Source of the DNA: Leucoraja erinacea
Taxonomy: Eukaryota
Assembly (NCBI RefSeq): GCF_028641065.1
Contig: NC_073402.1
Span: 26,226,001-26,290,000, forward strand
Length of the DNA stretch: 64,000 bases
Reading direction: 5' to 3'
Shown here piece after piece: positions 49,856 to 61,963 of this stretch. The notes below the pieces were generated by a model. The model searched no databases. It had not been told where the DNA came from and saw only the letters and a program-made list of their open reading frames with translations. The translations under genes were made by a program, and so were the position numbers. Numbering within the stretch: position 1 is the first letter of the stretch; the number at the start of each line of letters is the position of its first letter.

Positions 49856-50081
49856 TTCCCCTGTCCCACTTAGGAAACCTGAACGGAAACCTCTGGAGAC
49901 TTTGCGCCCCACCCAAGGTTTCTGTGCGGTTCCCGGAGGTTTTTGTCAGTCTCCCTACCTGCTTCCACTACCTGCAACCTCCGGCAACCACCTGCAACCT
50001 CCGGGAACAGCACGGAAACCTTGGGTGGGGCGCAAAGTCTCCAGAGGTTTCCGTTCAGGTTTCCTAAGTGGGACGGGGGCA
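49856..50081. mobile_element. MITE with 86-bp terminal inverted repeats, PIF/Harbinger-like
   Basis: Arms at 49856-49941 and 49996-50081 are near-perfect reverse complements. Flanks are TAT/TAA. It interrupts a P1 arm. Confidence 0.8.
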
Positions 50082-53000
50082 TAACTCACTAAGTTTCTCC
50101 AGCAACTCCCACTTTTTTGCTGCCGTCAGGCGGCACGGTGGCAAAGTGGTAGAGCTACTGCCTTACAGTGCCAGAGACCTGGGTTCGATCCCGACTACGG
50201 GTGCGGTCTGTAATTGTTGTATGTTCCCCCCATGGCCACGTGGGTTTTCTCTGAGATCTTCGGTTTTCTTCCACACTCCAAAGGCGAAGAGGGTTGATAG
50301 GTAATTGGCTTGTTATTATCAATATAAAATGATCCCCAGTGTGTGTAGGGCAGTGTTAACGTGCGGGGATCGGAGGGCCAAATGGTCCATTTCCACGCTG
50401 CTTCTCTAAAACTAAATAAAACTAAAAAAGTTTAAGCCTGTTTTCTGGGTACCATTCATACGAGAGCCTGGTTTAGTGTCAACAGCCTTTTAGGAGCCGA
50501 TTGTTACAATTACTCCCTGTGCCTTTCATTGCGGAGCCTGTCTAGATTGGAAGCTGAAGCAACAATTGGAATTTCCACGAAAAGTAAACCTGAAATTTTG
50601 GCAGCCAAAGTAGAAGCTATCATTAAACTATCACATGAGAAACCACACTGCTCTCCGTTAAATGCCAGGTCCCTGAGAGTTTGTAGAATTAAGCAAAAAG
50701 AGAAATCCATTCCAGAAGAAGTGCATGTACCACCATCTGAAGAAGGGACTCGACCCGAAATGTCACCCATTCCTTCTCTCCAGAGATGCTGCCTGTCCCG
50801 CTGATTTACAATACTACCCAGCGTTTTGTGTCTATGTTCAGTGTAAACCAGCATCTGCCAGTTCCTTCCTGCACCCTACCACCATCTTCACAGCCTCAGG
50901 TCCCTGGGCAAGCAACAGGAATAGACACAGCTTACGAGAAGGTGGGGAGTAAGAGAGCCAATTCCAAAAGGGAAATACATAGAACTATACATCACAACAC
51001 AAGGCCCTACGACCCATGATATGTATGCCGTACATCATGCCAAATTAAACTAATCCCTTCTGGCTACATATCCTGGATCCACATGTCTCCATTTCATGCC
51101 CATCTTAGTTTAGTTTAGTGTAGAGATACAGCAGGGAAACAGGCCCTTCGGCCACCCGAGTCCGTGCTGACCAGCGATCCCCATACACAAGCACCACCCT
51201 ACACACTAGGTAGATTAATTATCCTCTGTAAAGTTGCCTCCAGTGTGTAGGGAGTGGATGAGAAAGTGGGAAAATGTAGATACAGTGACAACGGGTGATG
51301 AATGGTCAGCATGGACTCGGTGGGCTGAAGGACATGTTGTCATGCTATAGGCTTCTGCGATGGTAGAGTGCATTGCGACATCTGAAATGGTGGCTATTCA
51401 AATGAAGTCCCAAATGTAGAGGACCTCAGGAGTGTGTTCTAGTTTTGGATATTAATTGGAAAGTGGAAGTGGGAAGGGACTGAGGCAATGTGGGTTGTGG
51501 AAGGGCGGATTTGGTGCCGGGAAAACAGGAACATCCCACAGAACGTGTCCCTGCTGCGTGAGAGATTCACTGGTGTCACGGATTCATTGGGCCGAAGGGC
51601 CTGTTTCCACGCTGTATCTCTAAACTAAACTTAAACCTAAAACGAGATACAAGGAACTGGTGTACAAAAAAAGTTTGTGTTATAGGAGCAGAGTGAGACA
51701 ATTCGGGGGCCATCAAGTCTACTCCACCATTAAATCATGGTTGATCTATCTCTCCCTCCTAACCCCATTCTCCTGCCTTCTCCCTCTAACACCCATACCT
51801 CAATACATTAAACAATAATGAGGCATTGCTGGGGTAATTAGCCTGACCTGCCGAATTACTCCAGCACATTGTGGCTATAGCTAAAGCCATCACCTGCATG
51901 TAAAGTGTCCCAGCCCATAGGTTCAGGTCTAGTTCCTCCCTGGGACCACATGCTGGAAGACATGGGGCTACATTGCAGCGTTCCCTCCACTGGTTCCCTC
52001 CAGCGGTTTAGTTTAGTTTAGAGATAAACAGCGCAGAAATATGACGTTCGGCCCACTGAGTCCACACCGACCAGCAATCCCCGCACGTTGACTACCCTAT
52101 ACACACGCTGGGGACAATCTTTTACATTTACACCGCCAATTAACCTACAAAGCTGAACGTCTTTGGAGTGTGGGAGGAAACCGAAGATCTCAGAGAAAAC
52201 CCACGCAGGTCACCGGGAGAATGTACAAACTCTGTACAGACAAGCACACATACCCGGGTCTCTGGCGCTGTAAGGCAGCTCTACCGCTATGCCACCGCGC
52301 CGGTCTGCCCTGCCAGCTTCCCTGTGCGATCGAGAGCATGGGGTTAGGCTTGTAAACAAACTGTGTCTTTAAATTTAAAATAAACTTTATGGCGGTTTTC
52401 ACTGCAGCACCAATCATTAAGTGAAATCCCGTTCCCGTCGGGTAAAAGATACGGACGAGTCTGGTGCACGCCACCAGACTCAGGAACAGCTTCTTCTCCT
52501 CCGTTATCAGGCTTCTGAACGGTCCGTCCACAAGTTAGGGTGCTGTCTGATTCACCTCTATCCCATTGTGGACATTGGACTTTGTCTCTGGAACTGGTGC
52601 GTGACAATGCTGAGAACTATATTCCACACTCTGTACATTACCTGCTGCTCTACCCATTCGACTAGAGTTTGACATGACTGTATTCACGCATAGTCTTATC
52701 TGATTTGATTGAGTAACATGCAAAACAAAGCTTTTCACTGTACCTCAGTTTACGCGACAATAATTAACCAACACCTGTCTGTGGCCAAAGACCACCTTCA
52801 CAAAAGCCGCTCATAAATGACCACATTGGAGTCAGAGTAATACAGCATGGAAACAGGCCCCTTGGCATAACCTGCCCGTGTCTTACCAAGATGCCCCATC
52901 TACACTAGCCCCACCTGACCGCGTTTGGCCCATATCCCTCAAACAACAGAATACAACAAAAAGGGGGGAAAAAAGGATAATTATAACAAGTTTATTGCTG

Positions 53001-54488
53001 TTTAATCACACAAGCAGGGTCTGTTATTCGTTTAAACTCCAGCCCGTTAATGCATCCCGTCTGAGTTCCCATTAATATTTTCTCCTGAGTTGCTCCTGTG
53101 TCTCATTCAAAATGGGCAATGTGCTGTCTTGTACCAGTGAAAGATGCATTTGTAGATTACACTGTATTTGAGGGAACCCGACACAGCTAGGAACAGGTCA
53201 TTTGCTGGTCATATTATAATAATGATTTGCTTCCATGGCTGGATGACATGACACTGGTTACACAGAAGCTTTTCACTGTACCTCAGTACACGTGACAATA
53301 AACTAAAACTACATTTGGACAGATACATGGATACGAAAGGTTTAGAGAGATATGGGCCAAACGTCGGCAGGTGGGACTAGTGTAGATGGGGCATCTTGGT
53401 GGGTATGGGCATGTTGGACCAAGAGGCCTGGTTCCATGCTACACAACTCCAACGTGGTCATATATGCACCACTTTTGTGAAGGTGGTGTTTTTCCTCACC
53501 GCAACAACTAGCATCAATACGTAGCCTTTAATGGAGTTAAACACTATGTCGGTGGAGTTTTCAAACAAAACTTAACAATAAATCAAATTAATAGGACATT
53601 AAGAGCACATTAAATTCAAAGGGCAAGCAGCCAGAAGCTCAGGCACAGAACATGATAGAGATGTCTTCTCAAAAGGTCATGAGTGACAGGAGCAGAATTA
53701 GGCCATTCGGCCCATCAAGTCTACTCTGTCAATCAATCATGGCTGATCTATCTCACCTTCCTAACCCCATTCTCCTGCGTTCTCCCCGTAACCTCTGACA
53801 CCCATACTAATCAAGAAAAGTACAGTCTTCTGGGAGGAAGATAAGAACAGAGAAGGAATTCTAAACCTTATCTCCTTGGCTGCTGGTTATAGAGAAACTT
53901 TAAATTGACCAGAGAGCAGAAAGAAAGATTGCCGAGATCCCAGAGGCTTGAAGAGGCGGAGGGGGGGTCCCAGAGATAGGGAACGATGAGGCAATGGAGA
54001 GATTTCAGCGCGAGAATGGGAATTTAGAATTGGGACGTTGCCAACCTAATCGGACAAAGTGCATTTTCCAGGGTTTTAACTGCTGCATGCCCGAAGTGTA
54101 ATTTTTCCAAGTTCGCTAACGAAGGTCTTGTCAGTCCAAGTGTTTTGTAATCTTATTTAAGGATGTGGCAAGGTGAAACGCCACGGATGGCAAGAACACC
54201 ATCTGGCTGAAGCTGATGAACACTGCACTCTGAGGACCTGGAGTTTCAGGTGGGCTCGGTGATACAGGTACAGCAGCTGGAATCACCTCAAGATGCCTTC
54301 TGCTGTCACGTCGTAACGAGCGGCTGACAGGGAAATGCCCAAAGGGGGTCAAATGCTCACAGTTTCTTGACAATGATAAGCCCACGCTCCAAAATTTGGA
54401 GCAGACCAGGCCAAGGGCAAATCTCTGCCCGAGTACCGACCACTGGAACAGGAACCATCCTGCCACAGCCAGACAGTAGTGCTGAACT

Positions 54489-54570
54489 ACACAAAAATGC
54501 TGGAGAAACTCAGCGGGCGCAGCAGCATCTATGGAGCGAAGGAAATAGGCAACGTTTCGGGCCGAAACCC
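54489..54570 (-). mobile_element. Single-arm P2 insertion
   Basis: 11-bp TSD agtgctgaact at 54478-54488 and 54571-54581. The minus strand starts GGGTTTCGGCCCGAAACGTT (stem II plus GAAAC). Confidence 0.78.
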
Positions 54571-56879
54571 AGTGCTGAACTGTTACTCACCTCTTGGGAT
54601 GCAAGCAGAAGCCTCTACGTGGCGCATCTCAGACAGGAACTGTACCACAGTGACTGACTGAAGTAGCCAATTCTGCACCCACCAGCCCTCAACCGTCACT
54701 GACCGACCGGAAACACGTGATATAGAAGATGGCCGGACACGAGGGAGAAGAACTCACCTCTTTGGTGACCCTCGGACTATCCTTGATCAGACTTTGCTGC
54801 CTTTACCTTGCACCAAACGTTATTCCCTTACCATGTATCTATGCACTGTAAATGGCTCAATTGTAATCATGTGTTGTCTTTCTGCCGACTGGATAACACG
54901 CAACAAAAGCTTTTCACTGTACCTTGGCACACGTGACAATGAACTCAACTGAACTGAGGAGTCCAATCAGTTTTTGCAAACTTAGTTTAGTTTATTATCA
55001 CCACTTGCTATAGTGAAAAGCTTTTTTGGTGTGTGCGATCCAGTCAATGAAAAGATTATACACGATTACAATCAAGTCGACCACTGTACAGATACAGGGA
55101 AAAGGGTAAAACTTTTAGTCTAAGGTAAAGTCCAGTAGTCTGATTAAAGATAGTTCAAAGGTCTCCAATAAGGTCAATGAGAGGCCAGGTTCGCTTTCCA
55201 GTTGGTGAGAGGCCAGTTCAGTTGTCTGATAACAGCTGGGAGGAAACTGTCCCTGAATCTGGAGGTGTGCATTTTCAAACTTCTGTAGCTCTTGCCTGAT
55301 GGGGTAGGGGAGAAGAGGGATTGATCGGGGTATGGCTCATCCTTGCTTATGCTGGTGGCTTTGACCTGCTGGCAGCACGAAGTGTAGATAGAGCCAATGG
55401 AAGCGAGGTTGGTTGGTGTGATGGTCTCTGGGCTGCGTCCACAATTCTCTGCAATCTCTTGCGGTCTTTGCATCAAACCGTGCTGTGATTCATCCCAATA
55501 AAATATCACTCAGTTTCAGGCTTTTCAAATGCTTTTGAGGGAAAATGTTCTGAACTAATAGAAAATGTGGGGGGAAACCAGAGATAGCCCACGCGGTCAC
55601 GGGGAGGACATGCACTGACAGCACACGTAGTCAGGGTCTCTGGCGCTGCTACTCTTCCACTGTGCCACCGTACCCCCCTGGGTTGGTGTTGGTCCGTCAA
55701 AAGGCCAAGGATCCTCAAGCACAATAGGGTATTAGAGGCGTGTTAGAGACATTGTGTGGCAGGACATCGAAGGCAGGGATCTGGGTGACTAAAGATGACG
55801 GAAGCATCTCGATCCCCAACGTGATCTTCATGAAGGGAGTTAGTCAACTCTTCTTTGCACTTCGAGGACCATTAGGAACCATTAGGAACAGCACATCATG
55901 ATGAACCCATAGACACCGGCATCTGGAGAAGAACATGACGGACCGCTTTAATGTGGTCAAGGTTGATTTCCATGGCTTCGTGATTTAGTGAGAACAAGGT
56001 GGTGTTAAAATTCCTGGAAATAGGTTACCGAAAATCATTTGTCACCCAAATCACCAGGTTTGTGTTCCATGGGACAATTAACATTTTTAGGTCTCTATAG
56101 ACGTAGTTCTTTTAAACGCGTCGTTACATTCAATTTTAATCTTTGTTTTATCACACCTTATTTTTACTGATGATATTGTCTTAATTTTGTATAAAAATGC
56201 AACTAAATTTTTGTCACTTTTTAATTTAAAACAACACATCAAATAACGTTAACACTATATAAATGACCTGAATGGTTCTGGCTATGTTTGGTTCAGAGAC
56301 ACAGCACGGATACCAGGCCCTTCTCTCCATGCCGACCATCGATCACCTGTTCACACTTGTTCTATGTTATCCCACACTCCCAACACAGGGGGCAATGTTA
56401 CAGAGGGCAGTTAACCTGCAAAGTTTGGGATGTGGGAGGAAGCTGGTCACAAGGAGGACGTGCAAACTCCACACAAGCAGCACCTGAGGTCAGTATTGAA
56501 TCGGGGTCTCTGAGTGGTACAGTTAGTTTGTAATCTTGATTTTATCGCATTATAAAACTAATTTTATACAATTATTGAACTATATTTTTTTTAAACTGAA
56601 CATCAAATGATGTTAACACAATATAACTAACTGAACAGTGGTGACTGGTTCCTTATAGTGTGACCTTCCTAACTAGTGACGTGCATATTTCATTTACTTT
56701 TCTACCATTTCCCTTTTAACTTCTGTGGGCTAGTATTAATTTTTACAGAGAAATGCAACATTAAAACTCGTCATAGGGGGACAGTTTTAGTTGTCTTAGT
56801 AAATCGCCAACTCCTGCACGTTGAGCACTGGGAAAACTCAAGGAGGTTTCCGAGCTATGTTGCTTGTCCGAAATCACCT

Positions 56880-57635
56880 AGTCCATCGCGGGGCACTGAC
56901 CTCCCCACCATCGAAGGGACTTACAGGAGTCGCTGCCTCAAAAAGGCAGACAGCATCATCAGAGACCCGCACCACCCTGTCCACGCTCTCATTTCACCCC
57001 TGCCATTAGGAAGAAGATATAGGAGCCTGAAAAGGGGAATGTCCAGGTTCAGGAGCAGCTTCTTCCCTACGGCTATTAGACTATTAAACACTACAACCTC
57101 CAAATAAGCTCTGAACTACATGGACCTGGGAGCATTGTTATTTTCCTTTTGCACTATTATTGTTTGTCTTTAAGTAAGTGTGCATCTACACATATATACA
57201 AATATACACATACACAATGATATATCCNNNNNNNNNNNNNNNNNNNNNNNNNNNNNNNNNNNNNNNNNNNNNNNNNNNNNNNNNNNNNNNNNNNNNNNNN
57301 NNNNNNNNNNNNNNNNNNNNNNNNNNNNNNNNNNNNNNNNNNNNNNNNNNNNNNNNNNNNNNNNNNNNNNNNNNNNNNNNNNNNNNNNNNNNNNNNNNNN
57401 NNNNNNNNNNNNNNNNNNNNNNNNNNNNNNNNNNNNNNNNNNNNNNNNNNNNNNNNNNNNNNNNNNNNNNNNNNNNNNNNNNNNNNNNNNNNNNNNNNNN
57501 NNNNNNNNNNNNNNNNNNATCTACTGAACTTTTTTTAATTTACTGTCTTGTCTACAGAGTTCACATAATTTTTCTGCTGCTGCAAGTAAGAATTTCATTG
57601 CTCTGTCTGGGACATGGGACAACAAAATGCTCTTG
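56880..57635 (+). mobile_element. Rex1/Babar-type 3' fragment with an N gap inside its 3'UTR
   Basis: LPTIEG.YRSRCLKKA.SIIRDPHHP.HAL..LP.GRRYRS..SFFPTAIRLLN. Confidence 0.82.
57228..57518. other. Assembly gap (N run)
   Basis: N run flanked by TA/CA-rich microsatellite. Confidence 0.99.
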
Positions 57636-57919
57636 GCTGTGAGTGGGAGCTCAGCTTCACAGTGTGTAGCTGGAGCACTGATCCCACACTTGAACCCCAG
57701 AGGCCAGTCTTCTGATCATAGCAAGGTCATGCGGAGGTGGGAACGAGAGGACGAGCCGGGGAGGAATTCCTCTGTGGATTGCAGAGAGCGGGTCTCCTGC
57801 CAGGGCGACCAGTGAGCAATGCTGACGCTATGGGAGGAATTTCCAGAGTCGGGAACATCCCACTCGCTCAGTCAACAAGGAAACAGGTGCACCGAGCATG
57901 CGAGGAAAGGATGGGGTTT

Positions 57920-58330
57920 GAAGTAACCCTTGCATTCCCTCTCTCTCCATCACTCCCCCGCTCCTAGTTGTCCAACTAGTTTCACTGTATGTAGTTTCCT
58001 GTTTAGTTCCACCGTTCACTGTCGTCCTGTTTAGTTCCACCGTTCAAACCCCCCTCCCCTTATCACCTCCTCCACAGCTAACACTGGGCTCCACCTTTAC
58101 TTGATCACCCTTGCCGACCATGATTTATTCTTTTCATAATTCATTCTTTTGTGCTTTGTACCTTTTCATATCTCTAGTTTCCCTCTCCCCGGCCTCTTAG
58201 TCTGAAGAAGAATCTCGACATCACCTATTCTTTTTTTCCCCCCAGAGGTGCAGTCCGACCCACTGAGTTACTCCAGCATTTTGTGTCTCTCTTTGGTGTA
58301 AACCAGCATCTGCAGTTCCTTCCTACACGA
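57920..58330 (+). mobile_element. PLE pseudo-LTR copy related to 28150-28490
   Basis: Colinear similarity (aagtaacccttgcatt..., tctgaagaag, ctgagttactccagcattttgtgtc, cagcatctgcagttccttcctacac). The hammerhead stem II/GAAA part is partly deleted. Confidence 0.7.
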
Positions 58331-59414
58331 ATGGAAGTTAAGTTTAGTTCAGTTCAGTGTCACGTGTGCCGAGGTTAAGTGACAAAGCTTTTGTTGCATG
58401 CTAACCAGTCAGCGGAAAGACATTATTACAATCGAGCCACTGTTCAGTGTATAGATATAAGAAAAGTGAATAACGTTCAGTGCAAGGTAAAGCCAGTAAA
58501 GTCCGATCATGATAGTCCGAGGGTCACCAATGAGGTAGATAGTAGTTCAGGACTGCTCTCTGGTTGTGGTGGGACGATTCAGTTGCCTGATAACAGCTGG
58601 GAAGAAATGGTCCCCGAATCTGGAGTTGTGCGTTTTCACACTTCTGTACGATTCTAAAGTGCACTGTGGAAAGAGATCAACGCTGTCACAGCTCAATGGA
58701 GGGCAAATCCTTACTATTATAGTCAAGGCAAGTTGTAACACTACAATTGGCTTAAAGTAAATATATACCTGTAACATAAAAATCTCTAACACCCATGCAG
58801 CATTCTTGAGGGAGAAAGTTTGCATTGTTGCTGTACCAAGGGCACTCATTACAAACACGGCTCCATGTTGATCATCATGCAGTGAAACTTTTCTAATTAT
58901 AGTACAGTGCATGGGAGGATTATTGATGTGCATTTAAGCCGATATGTTTGGCTGTCAAGGAAGGAACTGCAGATGCTGCTTTAATCCGAAGAAAGACACA
59001 AAGAGCTGGAGTCTGAAGAAGAGTCTTGACCCAAAACGTCACCTATTCCTTTTCTCCAGAGATGTTGTTTGACCCGCTGAGTTACTCCAGCTTTTTGTGT
59101 CCATCTAAAGCCTACGTGTTATATGGCCTGTGAACCAAACTCAGAGGCTGAGATAATTATCTCGGTTCAACACCACCCCGGTTATAACTCATGCCAAAAA
59201 TAGTTCTTCTTGTACTTCACCCAGAAGATGCATTCAGTTCCAAAAACTATTTATCACCCAAATCCTTGTTTTCAAGACCTTCTCTATATTTAATACAATA
59301 TCATTACTGTTTTGCTTCATATTTTTTCTTGCCATTCCTCACCGCCTTGTATTCCATTGTGATCTTCATGGCAAAATAACTGGTGTCCTAAGTTGACCGT
59401 TTATGTTTAGTGTA

Positions 59415-59575
59415 AAGGGCCTGTCCCACAATATTATTAAGCTGTTTTGCTTCACGTGATTTTTTCTCGCGGGCCATTCGATCACCGCCGTATGGAGTTG
59501 TGCGGAGCTCCCGACATCGCGCTAGGCTCCGATCTGACCGGGTTCAAAAATTCCGCGCAAAAGCCACATTGAGGC
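59415..59575 (+). mobile_element. Truncated Harbinger-like element
   Basis: TAA|agggcctgtcccac followed by a CpG-rich segment. Confidence 0.4.
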
Positions 59576-60152
59576 TGCCCGTGTTTGCTCGAAGTCTGAC
59601 CTTTTAGTTTAGCATGGAGTCGCAACAGAAAGACACAACATGGAAACAGGCCCTTCAGGCCCCCACCAAGTCCACGGATCACTGCTTCTATGCTATCCCA
59701 CTTTCTCAGACACACTGTACATACTGGGGGCAACTTATACAAGCTTATTACCCCCCATATCTTTTGTATGAGGGAGGAAACCAGAGCACCTGGAGGAAAC
59801 CCACGTAGGGACCACACACCCACAGGGAGAACCTGCAAACTCCACTCAGAGAGCACATGCCGTCCGGATGGAACTGGGTTCCCTGGTGTTGAGAGGCAGC
59901 AGTTCCACCAGTGCACCATTGTGCTTGTTCTTATGCAGTATAGATTTACACAACGCTCAAGGGCCAAGCATGACCTTTGAGAGTGATGAGTGTCACCCGA
60001 GTCGAACCAGTACCACCAACAGCCCACACTGCCTTACTGTAAACATCAATCTCGGAATTGGAACAAACCTGGGGAATTTGTCTTGTCTGTAATCTGCTAT
60101 CTTCTTCAGCACCAGATGCTCCGATTCTGGAAAGACTCAGTACAACATTTGT

Positions 60153-60447
60153 CGGCAGGGTAGCGCAGCAGTAAGTTGCTGCCTTACAGCGCCAGAGACC
60201 CCGTTTCAATCATGACTACGGGTGCTTGTCTGTACGGAGTTTGTACGTTCTCCCTGCGACCCGCGTGGGTTTTCTCCGGGATCTCCGGTTTCCTCCCACA
60301 CTCCATAGACGTACAGGTTTATAAGCTAATTGGCTTGGTGTAAATGTAAATTGTCCCTAGCGTGTGTAGGATAGTGCAAGTGTGCGGGGATCGCTGGTCG
60401 GCATGGAGTCGGTGAGCCTGTTTCCACGCTGTATCTCTAAACTAAAA
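60153..60447 (+). mobile_element. HE1-like V-SINE
   Basis: Near-consensus full-length copy. Confidence 0.85.
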
Positions 60448-61816
60448 TGCTTGCCTTATTCCCTTAATGGGTGACCCTTGTTTTGGTTCATATCCTGGAC
60501 TTCCCACTCTAAAACCCACCTCTTGCCTCCCCCTTAAGTTTAAAAGCCTACGTCACCCATGTTGCTCATCTCTTCTTGTATCTTTGGCTTGGTGCCAATT
60601 ATCAACTCGTAAAAAAGAATTTGGGTCATTTACTTTTCTGGAGGTGCGATATATTACAAGGGGTTTTTTTTCCCCTCCTCCGGTTTACAGCACAAATCAT
60701 GCCTGGGAAATCCCAAAGCTGTGCTGTTACGAGAAGCCCTACATGGAGAAGCAACGATCTTTGCATGGTTCATTACTAGACAATTTTCTTATCTCCCCAA
60801 TGCTCAACCCCCTCCTACTCTTTACTCCATAGCTCAGCTCCCTACACCTTGCAATATCAGCAATATCAAAGGCTTCGGGGGAGAAGGCAGGAGAATGGTG
60901 TTGAGAGGGAAAGATAGATCAGCCATGATCGAATGGCAGAGTAGACCCAATGAGCCCCAAGACCTCATTCTGCTCCTACGACGTATGCACTAATAGCACA
61001 TTATCCATAAGAACGGAGCATTAAATCAGAGACACACTCAAAGTTGATCTTGTGAACCTGTCTTGGAGGACAGCCAGGGATGGGAGTGAATTTCCTTGTT
61101 CCAGGTACATGGTGATGGGGGAGCACTGAGCACCGATGCCAAGTACCAAACGCCAACCAAAACAATTTGTATAGAAAGGAATTGCAGTTGCGAGTTTATG
61201 CCGCCAATAGCCACAAAGTGCTGGAGTAAGTCAGTGGGTCAGGCAGCATCTCTGGAGAAAAAGGGTGGTCTGTAGAAGGGTCCCGACACAAGTTAACCAA
61301 AGCCAATTAATCTACACACACACACACTAGGGACAAGTTAACCAAAGCCAATTAACCTACAAACCTGTACATCTTTGGAGCATGGGAAGAAACCAGAGCA
61401 TCCAGAGAAAACCCACACAGGTCACGGGGAGAAAGTACAAACTCCACATAGACAGCACCCGTGATTATGATCAAACCCAGGTCTCCGGCGCTGTAAGGCA
61501 GCAACTCTCCCGTGCCGAACAATTGACTATTATATTTTTTTGTAAACCAGTATCTGCAGTTCCTTGTATCTCCAGGAGTCTTGACTCGCTTGCTTAGTTG
61601 CCAGTTGTTTTCAGGAACAGGGTGGCACGGTGGCGCAGCGGTAGAGTTGCTGCCTTACGGTGCTGGCAGCGCCGGAGACCCGGGTTTGATCCTGACGACG
61701 GGTGCTGTCTGTACGGAGTTTCTACGTTCTCCCCGTGACCGCGTGGGTTTTCTCTGGGTGCTTCGGTTTTCTCCCACACTACAAAGACGTGCGGGTTTAT
61801 AGGTTCAATGCTTTGG

Positions 61817-61963
61817 NNNNNNNNNNNNNNNNNNNNNNNNNNNNNNNNNNNNNNNNNNNNNNNNNNNNNNNNNNNNNNNNNNNNNNNNNNNNNNNNNNNN
61901 NNNNNNNNNNNNNNNNNNNNNNNNNNNNNNNNNNNNNNNNNNNNNNNNNNNNNNNNNNNNNNN
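61817..61963. other. Assembly gap (N run) inside a SINE
   Basis: N run. Confidence 0.99.

Larger units (their letters stand above)
5340..60985. repeat. Other CR1 3'-end fragments at about 5340-5470(-), 6655-6850(+), 19258-19700(-), 19703-19931(+), 20935-21040(-), 29665-29910(+), 30096-30303(-), 33305-33690(-), 43105-43340(+), 43702-44000(+), 44655-44790(-), 46000-46140(+), 46510-46658 with 47481-47640(+), 53310-53440(+), 53675-53815(-), 60870-60985(+)
   Basis: Typical CR1 3' motifs (tggaattctctgcc, ggatatggggagaaggcagga, gatcagccatgat, gggccgaatggcct) ending in short tandem tails. Confidence 0.8.

Noticed and set aside
55700-56010. Coding-looking unique stretch
   Set aside because: Only short interrupted frames, and no motif I can recognise.
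11622-60714. kB-like sites (11622-11631, 42449-42458, 60705-60714) as HIVEP3 autoregulation
   Set aside because: About 8 GGGRNYYYCC matches are expected by chance on both strands at uniform composition, and one of these lies in a LINE tail.
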